Part shown: positions 56,519 to 64,000 of the stretch, one piece after another
Numbering within the stretch: the first letter of the stretch is position 1
Layout of the letters: every line of letters starts with the position of its first letter
Assembly: GCA_023255955.1 (NCBI GenBank)
Contig: JAGDWD010000009.1
Location: forward strand, 21-64,020
Reading direction: 5' to 3'
Source: Desulfurococcales archaeon
Lineage (GTDB): Archaea > Thermoproteota > Thermoprotei_A > Sulfolobales > NBVN01
Length of the DNA: 64,000 nucleotides
Program-made: the position numbers and the translations under genes
Notes under the pieces: generated by a model
Database searches by the model: none
The model's input: only the letters and a program-made list of their open reading frames with translations
What the model was told of the DNA's origin: nothing

Positions 56519-57490
56519 CTAACGATCCGGGAGGATTTGAGTACCTTTTAACCCCTTAACTACCTCCAATCCATCTCTTAGGTGGCCTATAGCTGCCCTC
56601 ATACCGCCATTCCTTATGAATCTAATACATGCTAGTACTTTAGGCCCCATAGACCCGGGTGGGAAGTATCCCTCCCTATAGTAGTGCTCTAACTCACTCA
56701 CAGTTACTTCCCCAAGCTTCCTGGCTTCATGCTTGCCGAAGTCGAGGTATACAGCATCTACATCTGTTAGGATCACGAAGTTACCCGCACCTAAGCTAGT
56801 TGCGAGGATCTCACCTGCTAGGTCCTTATCTATCACAGCCTCACACCCAGCTAACTTCCCATCTTTCTTCTCGATGACCGGGATCCCACCGCCCCCGGAA
56901 GCAACGACGATCCACCCGCTGTTTAGGAGGGTTCTGACAGCATCGATCTCTACGTTCTTGTAGGGATCTGGTGAGGGTACGACCCTCCTCCACCCACCAC
57001 GCGGATCTTTCTTGAAGGTCCACCCCTTCTCCTTAGCTAACCTCTCTACCTCGGACTCATCAGTATACCAGCTACCGATGAACTTAGTTGGGTTCACCCA
57101 AGCAGGGTCATCCTCCCTGACGGCAACTCGGTTCACTATAGCTACAGCCCCCTTAACCCTCCCCAGAAGACCCTCCTCCACCAGGACGTTGTGGATAGCT
57201 TGAGATAGCATGTAGCCAAGCCAGCCCTGGCTCATAGCACCAGCAACATCAAGTGTTTGAGGAGGTATCCTATGCTTTAGACTGTCCATCCACTCATTGA
57301 TTATGCCGACTTGGGGGCCGTTACCGTGGGTAACAACAACTTTGAAGCCATCCTTAACGATGTTGACTATGACCCTAGCAGCAGTGTAAGCATTCCTCCA
57401 GTAGTCTTCAGGGGTTCCGGCATCACCCTTAGTCTGGAAAGCGTTGCCACCGAGGGCTATGACTGTCATGTTCGGGTCTCTTTTAACCAT
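56519..57490 (-). CDS. arcC: Carbamate kinase
   Basis: VIALGGNAF, THGNGPQVG and GGGGIPV motifs. The start is set at the ATG at 57490. Confidence 0.8.
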   Translation of the reverse strand: MVKRDPNMTVIALGGNAFQTKGDAGTPEDYWRNAYTAARVIVNIVKDGFKVVVTHGNGPQVGIINEWMDSLKHRIPPQTLDVAGAMSQGWLGYMLSQAIHNVLVEEGLLGRVKGAVAIVNRVAVREDDPAWVNPTKFIGSWYTDESEVERLAKEKGWTFKKDPRGGWRRVVPSPDPYKNVEIDAVRTLLNSGWIVVASGGGGIPVIEKKDGKLAGCEAVIDKDLAGEILATSLGAGNFVILTDVDAVYLDFGKHEARKLGEVTVSELEHYYREGYFPPGSMGPKVLACIRFIRNGGMRAAIGHLRDGLEVVKGLKGTQILPDR

Positions 57491-57713
57491 ATAACCCCCG
57501 TAAAATCTTATCAGCACGTTTAAAAAAAATTCATAGAACCCGGAAACTTAATTAGACTTAGCCAAACCAGAACTGAGGACTGTAGCTAGAACCACACACC
57601 ATCCCCATATCTGAGAGCTTGCTGAAGCCGTAGAACACGCTTAATGTAGGACTTACTGAGGCGTGTTACTGTGGGGATATAAGGTGGTGTATGTGGTTGT
57701 TCTGGGTCGGTAA

Positions 57714-58262
57714 GTGTATCTAGTTCGGAGAGCTACTAGCGAGGAGGTTAGGGTGTTTAGGGCTATTGCTGACTACCAGTTTGGCCCGGGTGTAGGTGTT
57801 AAGGTAATACCGGACTCTACATATCTTAGAGTATCGAAAAACACTGGAGCTGTTAGGGCGATACTAAGTGAAGGTAAGGACCTCCTCTTTACTGTGCGGG
57901 CATACACCCACACGCTGATACCGTCCCTACACGGGGCACTACTACTTCATGGAGCTGTAGCGTTCCCTAAGCTTAGATGTGTAGTACTATCCGACGTTGC
58001 TGACGAGGTGGTTAGACATGGCTCCACTGTTTTCTCTAGGCATGTACTCTACGTTGATGAGGAGTTAAGGGCGGGTGACGAGGTTCTTGTCGTAGATGAG
58101 TCAGATAGATTCCTCTGTGTGGGCACTATGAGGCTTTCCCCAGCTGAGGTACTGGACTTTATTAGAGGTTCCGCTATTAGAATAAGGGCGTGTCTAGTTG
58201 GTGAAGCAGATCAAGATAGTCCTAACAGAGCAGGGGAAGAAACTAGTCCGCGAGAGGTCTGA
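57714..58262 (+). CDS. PUA-domain protein resembling the C-terminal (C2/C3-PUA) module of archaeosine TGT
   Basis: The IADYQFGPGVG start and GSTVFSRHVLYVDEELRAGDEVLVVDESDRFLCVGTMRLS, a PUA pattern. Confidence 0.7.
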   Translation: MYLVRRATSEEVRVFRAIADYQFGPGVGVKVIPDSTYLRVSKNTGAVRAILSEGKDLLFTVRAYTHTLIPSLHGALLLHGAVAFPKLRCVVLSDVADEVVRHGSTVFSRHVLYVDEELRAGDEVLVVDESDRFLCVGTMRLSPAEVLDFIRGSAIRIRACLVGEADQDSPNRAGEETSPREV

Positions 58263-58926
58263 CTGGATACTGGTTACCGGCTTCCCCGGGTTCGGCTATG
58301 TAGGTACGATAGCCGTGCGATATATGGTTAAGAAGCTTAAGGCGATCAAGATAGGTAACATATTCACTAAGTACATGCCTGACTTCACAGCAGTTGACGA
58401 CTACGGAGTAGTGACACCTTTCGAGCTGTTCGTTCATAGAGATGCCGGACTTGTTTTATTGCTGAATAACGTCGTACCACACACACCGGAGAGACAGATC
58501 TTCGTCGAGTCCGTCGTGGATTGGTTTCTGTCCGTAGGTGGTAAGAAAGCCATACTCATCGGGGGACTCAACAGTAAGTTCCGCATCGGCGAGGAGGAGA
58601 TGTCGTGGCTGTGCTTAAATAACTGCGGCTGGGACTTCCAGGAGTCAACCCTCCCCCGAGGCCTGTACATAGTAGGTCCTCTAGCACTACTAACCATGAC
58701 TCTGGAGAGCCGTGGCGTACCTACACTCGTTGTTCTACCCTATACAGACCCAAGTAAGTACGACCCTAAAGCAGCTTCAGTAGCTGTTGATAGAATAGGG
58801 AAGATATTAGGTATTGAAATAGATATCAACGAGCTTCTCGAGCACTCTAAGGTAGTGGAGGAAGCTGAGGAAATGCTTAAGGAGGCCATTAAGGAAGCTG
58901 AGAGTAAGGTTAAAATGCATATGTAG
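58198..58926 (+). CDS. PAC2-family (proteasome assembly chaperone-like) protein
   Basis: LVTGFPGFGYVGTIAV motif and an acidic C-terminal helix. The start is uncertain: TTG at 58198 or GTG at 58201. Confidence 0.6.
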   Translation: MVKQIKIVLTEQGKKLVRERSDWILVTGFPGFGYVGTIAVRYMVKKLKAIKIGNIFTKYMPDFTAVDDYGVVTPFELFVHRDAGLVLLLNNVVPHTPERQIFVESVVDWFLSVGGKKAILIGGLNSKFRIGEEEMSWLCLNNCGWDFQESTLPRGLYIVGPLALLTMTLESRGVPTLVVLPYTDPSKYDPKAASVAVDRIGKILGIEIDINELLEHSKVVEEAEEMLKEAIKEAESKVKMHM

Positions 58927-58952
58927 GCCCGGAGCCCGTCACATTGAGTAAC

Positions 58953-60272
58953 CTAGTTAACTAGCCTAATCAGTAACCTCGACCTGAGTTTTCTGTAGGT
59001 TAGATACGCTATTGAGAACCTACCATACATATCGGTTATCTGAGTAAACCAAACACCGTAGATCCCGTACACCGGTTGCAGTACCTGAGCTAGCATAGCT
59101 CTCAGAACAAGAACAGTGAAGGAGTTAACTACTAGCGGTACCCACGTACTCCCCATACCTCTCATAACTCCGTATATCGCTAGGGACCCTCCGAGACCTA
59201 TCTCAGATATCCCAGCTAGGATTAGGTAGGCCATAACCAGCTTAGTTATTTCTTCGCTCTGTGTGAAGAAAGACCCAGCGAAGGGTGAGATAGCCAGTAA
59301 GCAGATAGTGGCTATAGACATCCATGAAAGACCTATCTTCAGGGACTCCTTAGCTAACTCATCGAGTTTACTTACCTCACTCGACCCGACTCTATGACCT
59401 ACCCTCGCTGATGCTGCGATACTCACAGCAAATACGGGGTTTATTACTATGTTCTCAACGCTTAGCCCGATATTGTGAGCTGCTAGAGCTGCTACACCTG
59501 ATCTAGCTACTGCGTTGATGTATATGTTCTGTCCAATACTGCTTACTAGCCTCTCTATAGAGGCTGGAACCCCTATTGCTAGAACCTTAAGAGTTATTTT
59601 AGAGGGGAGGCTGAGTCTGAACCTAAAGGGAGGCTTGAAGAACAGATACATGAGAAGACCTACGTACTGAGAGAGAGCTGATGCTAGACCCATCCCCACA
59701 GTCTCCATTCTCGGCAGGCCTAGGTAGCCTAAGCTAAGAGACGGAATTAGAACTACCCCGGCCGTCCCAGCTGTAAGTGAAGCATATGTCGGTATCCAGG
59801 GGGAGTTCGCAGCTCGGTAGGATGAGGATAGTACAGCCCCGACCATCATTGCTGGGACGGAAGCTATCCTGTAGCTTAGATATGTGGTGGCTACCTGGCT
59901 AACTGAGGCCTGACCCCCTGAGAGTAGGCTGACATACCCACCTATCCATAACTGCGATGACGCTAAAACTGCTGCGGATAGGGCTAAGGCTAACGTAGCC
60001 AGCTCCCCAGTAGCCCTCTCAACGAGGTCTATTCTGCCGGCCCCGTATGCTTGAGAGCAGAATACGAGGAGCCCTACCATGAATATCGAGGAGACAGCGT
60101 TTAACACGAAGAATAGGTAGGAGGCAAGCCCTGTACCTGCTACAGTCTCAGTAGCTATTCTTGAGGCAACGACCATGCTTACCAGGCTTATTATTGAGTC
60201 AGGTAGAAAACCTAGGAGTACTGGTAAGGCCATACTCGATACTTCATTTCTCTGTCCTAACTCTGACACCAT
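58953..60272 (-). CDS. MATE-family efflux transporter
   Basis: 439 aa with about 12 TM helices and an internal-repeat architecture. Confidence 0.7.
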   Translation of the reverse strand: MVSELGQRNEVSSMALPVLLGFLPDSIISLVSMVVASRIATETVAGTGLASYLFFVLNAVSSIFMVGLLVFCSQAYGAGRIDLVERATGELATLALALSAAVLASSQLWIGGYVSLLSGGQASVSQVATTYLSYRIASVPAMMVGAVLSSSYRAANSPWIPTYASLTAGTAGVVLIPSLSLGYLGLPRMETVGMGLASALSQYVGLLMYLFFKPPFRFRLSLPSKITLKVLAIGVPASIERLVSSIGQNIYINAVARSGVAALAAHNIGLSVENIVINPVFAVSIAASARVGHRVGSSEVSKLDELAKESLKIGLSWMSIATICLLAISPFAGSFFTQSEEITKLVMAYLILAGISEIGLGGSLAIYGVMRGMGSTWVPLVVNSFTVLVLRAMLAQVLQPVYGIYGVWFTQITDMYGRFSIAYLTYRKLRSRLLIRLVN

Positions 60273-60326
60273 AAAACTATAGGGAGCTAGCCCGAATAAA
60301 ATTTAATGTGTGTAGCTACAGGCTTC

Positions 60327-60920
60327 TCAGACCCTATACTTAGGTTCTCTAGGGATAGTACCACCCCGCAGGTACCACCCGAGATCGAAGATCGTTTGAG
60401 CAATTACCTGGGTCTTACCTAGCTTACCTAACTCCGAGCATTTCGATATCTCGGAGAGGCCTATAGCATATACGCGCCCGTCGGTACCTAGAATAGATAC
60501 TACCTCACCCGCCTCAAGAGGCTCGTAACATGAGATCACAGATTCCTTAAGTAGGTCCTTACCGTACATCAACACCTTAATTCCTTGCTCCGATGCGGTG
60601 AAGGCTCTGACAGACCTCCCTATGTGTTCATATATTTTCTCTGCTAGGAGGTGGGACGGGATGAACAGGGGCTTCCTATCTCTGATCCTACCAGCGTAGA
60701 GACCCGAGTAGTACGGGACCTTCCCCGACATCATTAGTAAGCTAACAGCTTCGAGTAGTGGTTGTCTAAGTAGGTAGACCTCGGTAAACCCGTCTGAGCA
60801 GTAAAGTGGGGTATAACCTACTAGAGCTTCTAGAGCCTCCTTACCGTATAGTCTCTCTACATGCCTATGAAGCTCCTCCCCAGATAGCTCACACCTCACA
60901 ACTCCTTCTCTAGGACGCAT
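60327..60920 (-). CDS. NIP7-like PUA-domain RNA-binding protein
   Basis: The C-terminal GEVVSILGTDGRVYAIGLS PUA-like segment. It is coupled to the NSUN methyltransferase gene. Confidence 0.5.
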   Translation of the reverse strand: MRPREGVVRCELSGEELHRHVERLYGKEALEALVGYTPLYCSDGFTEVYLLRQPLLEAVSLLMMSGKVPYYSGLYAGRIRDRKPLFIPSHLLAEKIYEHIGRSVRAFTASEQGIKVLMYGKDLLKESVISCYEPLEAGEVVSILGTDGRVYAIGLSEISKCSELGKLGKTQVIAQTIFDLGWYLRGGTIPREPKYRV

Positions 60921-61972
60921 ACGAAGAACCCCTCCATACCGTGCCTGTGTGGGTAAGTACGGCCACAGTACTTGAGCTCCTCGGGGAGTCTGATGCCGAA
61001 GTACTCTGTGATACCTGGATCTAGTTTTAGGGGTATGTCAGGCTTTACTATCCTCACGTTCCCAGCCTCCTCTATAGCCTCAGCTACAGTGAACTCATCC
61101 TCCTCCGGTGCTATGGAACACGTAGAGTAGACGATCCTACCCCCAGGGACTGTAGCACGTATTGTAGCTAGTAGTAGCTGTACCTGCCTTAAATGAGCTC
61201 TTACTAAGTCATCGAAAACCGTTTTAGTCTTTCTTGAAGGGTCTAGCTGAATAATGCCCTCACCAGTACACGGAGCGTCCAGCAGAGCTTTCGTAAAGTA
61301 CGTACCGAAGAGTTCTGGAACCCTCCTCCCGTCAGTCCTCAGTGCCAGGACGTTCTCTACCCCCATCCTCTCAAGATTAGTGCGTAGGGCTCTAAACCTC
61401 TCCCTGCTAACATCTACCGCGACGACTACCCCGGAATTACCCATTAGTTGTGCTATGTGTGTTGTCTTACCGCCGGGTGCGGCAGCATTGTCTATTACCC
61501 TATCACTCGGGCTGGGATTTAGTGCTATAGGGGGGATAAGTGACGCTATTCCTCTATAGAGATAGTAACCCCCAAGTAGAAACTCGTGTGTAGCTCCTGG
61601 AGGTACCCTACCCTGCTCTACAATTACATAGGAAAACCTCTCCCAAGGTATCTTAGATAGCTTATAGCCTAACATCTCGAGACGATCCACAACTTCATTG
61701 ATATCCCTAAACCGTAGAGTATTTATTCTCACCGACTTCACCAGGGGTTTCTCAAAAGCTTCAAGCATCTCCACTACCTCACTAAGATCTCCCAGAATCT
61801 CACGATACCTAGGTATCATGTAATCTAGGTAGCCGTAGCGTGACGCTATTCTACGGGTCTCATGGTCTGCGGATCTTAGGATACGCCCTCCTAAATCCTT
61901 CAGCAACCCACTGAATCCAGCCTTGCCACTGCTAGCCACTACACACCTCACTATCACTATAACCAAGGACAC
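60896..61972 (-). CDS. NOL1/NOP2/Sun-family RNA cytosine-C5 methyltransferase
   Basis: AAAPGGKTTH, DAPCTGEG and YSTCS motifs. Confidence 0.8.
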   Translation of the reverse strand: MSLVIVIVRCVVASSGKAGFSGLLKDLGGRILRSADHETRRIASRYGYLDYMIPRYREILGDLSEVVEMLEAFEKPLVKSVRINTLRFRDINEVVDRLEMLGYKLSKIPWERFSYVIVEQGRVPPGATHEFLLGGYYLYRGIASLIPPIALNPSPSDRVIDNAAAPGGKTTHIAQLMGNSGVVVAVDVSRERFRALRTNLERMGVENVLALRTDGRRVPELFGTYFTKALLDAPCTGEGIIQLDPSRKTKTVFDDLVRAHLRQVQLLLATIRATVPGGRIVYSTCSIAPEEDEFTVAEAIEEAGNVRIVKPDIPLKLDPGITEYFGIRLPEELKYCGRTYPHRHGMEGFFVCVLEKEL

Positions 61973-62128
61973 AGAATATTAAGAGTAGTAGATCGATTGA
62001 GAACTCTTCTAACCTAAAATAGATTTCGGGCTCACAATACTTTGAAACACCGAGACTAGGGCCCAAACCGGGAAGCACAGAGCGGTAACCAGCAATAACA
62101 GCAGCGGTAGCGCTAAAGGTATTGATTT

Positions 62129-63280
62129 CTAGGTTAGATGCTCCTCTACTACCTCGACGTCGAACTTCACACCTACCTTACTCGCGATTTTCTTGAGTCC
62201 CTCAGCTATGTTCAGGTGTAGTGGTATACCTATCTTGAGTCTCGTCTGCATAGTTAACCAGGCTTTCTCTCCCGGTATCCATATGTTTTCCGCCCACGGT
62301 GACTTCCTCAAGGACTTTATGTCGCTGACCATGTGCTCCAGCCTATCGTAGAACTCCCCCAGCTCCATAAACTTGGATATATCTAGCGCTATGAGGGTAT
62401 GCCCCACGTTAGCGTTTTTCACTGTCGTGTACCCTACGTGACTACCCCAAGCAGCACCGGAAAGTACACCACATAGTACGTCCACCATCAACGCTAGCCC
62501 GGAGCCCTTATGCCCACCGAATTCCTCTAGATAACCCCCTAGTGGTAGTATAGCTGCTTCCCTCTTCTTGATAGCCTCGTGGATCCTCCTAGCATCTCCT
62601 TGTAGAATCTCCCCATTGCTACCTATGACCCAACCAGCAGGAACCTCCTTACCTACCTTACCGTATACCTCTATCTTCCCGACAGGTACCACCGAGAGCG
62701 CCCCATCATATAGTAGTGGTGGTGGATGCCTCCTCGGTGCGGCAAACGCTATAGGGTTGGTACCTAGGTACCTCTCAACAGTACCTATATAGGCTACCAA
62801 CGACTCCGAGTTAGTCATCGAGATACCTATCATACCTCTCTCAACAGCTTTAAGCGCGTAGTACCCTGCTATACCGTAGTGGTGGCTACGCCTCACTAGA
62901 ATAACGCCCGCACCGAACTGCCCAGCCTTCTCAATAGCTATCATCATGGCTTTAAGTGCTGCGACATGTCCGAGCCCGTTATCAGCATCGAGAACACCTA
63001 CAGCACCACTATCTACAGCAAGCCTCATCTCAGGATCGATGTTGACGGCACCGCACTCAATACCCGCAACATATCTTTCAACCCTCTGTACACCGTGGCT
63101 GGACACACCCATGAGATCAGCGGTAACCAGGACATCAGCAACAACCTCAGCATCACCCTCCCTAACACCGAGAGCAACGAAGACTTCCTTAACGAATCGC
63201 TTCAAGCTATTAGCAGTAACTCTAATATATGGTGGGGTAGGTCTCTCCTTCTCAAACAGTAGGTACGTATCGGTCACCAA
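62129..63280 (-). CDS. Ldh2-family malate/L-lactate/sulfolactate dehydrogenase
   Basis: SSHGVQR, RSHHYG and GGHKGSGLA motifs. Confidence 0.75.
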   Translation of the reverse strand: MVTDTYLLFEKERPTPPYIRVTANSLKRFVKEVFVALGVREGDAEVVADVLVTADLMGVSSHGVQRVERYVAGIECGAVNIDPEMRLAVDSGAVGVLDADNGLGHVAALKAMMIAIEKAGQFGAGVILVRRSHHYGIAGYYALKAVERGMIGISMTNSESLVAYIGTVERYLGTNPIAFAAPRRHPPPLLYDGALSVVPVGKIEVYGKVGKEVPAGWVIGSNGEILQGDARRIHEAIKKREAAILPLGGYLEEFGGHKGSGLALMVDVLCGVLSGAAWGSHVGYTTVKNANVGHTLIALDISKFMELGEFYDRLEHMVSDIKSLRKSPWAENIWIPGEKAWLTMQTRLKIGIPLHLNIAEGLKKIASKVGVKFDVEVVEEHLT

Positions 63281-63415
63281 GTACCTATCACAGTGAAGAA
63301 CTTTAATGTGATAACACTATAGAGTCCCTGAATACACTTACCTCTCTAGGAAGCTGAGACATTTAAAATAATACTGTAACCCACATAATGCTGGGGTATA
63401 CCAACGAGTACTGAC

Positions 63416-63979
63416 ATGAGCTCATCGAGGAGGGCTGCTGAGTTTGAGGTTAAGGTCTATCTAGACCGGGCAGAGGAAGAGGGAATACTGAACCGTTTAG
63501 TGAGTTTAGGGTTTGTAGTGGAGGGTGGGGTCTGCGAGGAGGACCACTACTTCGATATGAGGGGTTGTCCAGGCTATAGGGACGGCTCTGTCCTGAGGTT
63601 TAGGAAGGTCGTATCGGGGTCTAGTATCGAGTATAGACTGACCTATAAGGGTCTGATCCCGTCGGAGGGTGTGAAAGCTAGGGACGAGATTGAGGTTCCT
63701 CTCCAGTCGGAGGACGTACTGACAGCTCTCAAGATGGTGGGGCTGAGGACCGTAGTGATCAGGAAGAGGAGGACTTACCTCAGCGGTATGGGTCTGAAAC
63801 TATCCCTAGACTTCGTTGAGTGCCTCGGTACTTACCTAGAGTTTGAGGAGCTTAACCCGTCATCAGCAGAGGAGTTCCTATCTAAGGTTAGGTCGGTGTT
63901 GAAGCTTTTAGGTCTGGAGGGGAGGGAGTTAATAACTAAGTCCTACCTGGAGATGTACCTGGAGCGTGGCTGTCCCTGA
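63416..63979 (+). CDS. CYTH-domain protein (CyaB-like class IV adenylyl cyclase / triphosphatase)
   Basis: The N-terminal EFEVKV (ExExK) motif, size, and alternating beta-strand pattern. Confidence 0.65.
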   Translation: MSSSRRAAEFEVKVYLDRAEEEGILNRLVSLGFVVEGGVCEEDHYFDMRGCPGYRDGSVLRFRKVVSGSSIEYRLTYKGLIPSEGVKARDEIEVPLQSEDVLTALKMVGLRTVVIRKRRTYLSGMGLKLSLDFVECLGTYLEFEELNPSSAEEFLSKVRSVLKLLGLEGRELITKSYLEMYLERGCP

Positions 63980-64000
63980 TGTAAGTACCTCAGCTTAAAA

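Overview
This window reads as a chromosomal segment of a hyperthermophile-type crenarchaeon. Archaea-specific genes are present: ribosomal protein L15e, RNase P proteins Rpp30 and Pop5, archaeosine tRNA-guanine transglycosylase, TIP49 and a nurA-herA-mre11-rad50 operon. Many genes start with GTG or TTG, and many overlap by 4 nt. Most of the window is tightly packed housekeeping and peptide-fermentation genes: M14, M28 and S9 peptidases, indolepyruvate:ferredoxin oxidoreductase, glycine cleavage H and T, carbamate kinase, transporters, and one tRNA-Arg(CCG). I saw no rRNA genes and no CRISPR array. The most unusual content is an interspersed ~300-nt repeat family. It has four full or near-full copies plus tail-only fragments. 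Its hairpin architecture is preserved by compensatory substitutions, while the short ORFs inside it are not conserved. Two copies interrupt protein genes (an MFS transporter and a family III CoA-transferase). I could not assign it to any family I know. Other points of interest: (1) mre11 and a second nurA-like gene have conserved catalytic N-termini that lie upstream of any ATG/GTG/TTG and begin at an in-frame ACG-CTA. (2) A second NurA-like/HerA-like pair sits about 5.5 kb upstream of the canonical repair operon. (3) A ~1.9 kb ORF-free, compositionally skewed region contains repeat debris and a promoter-equipped 22-codon Lys/Glu micro-ORF. (4) Several genes are frameshifted. All calls come from reading motifs by eye. 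No database search was run.
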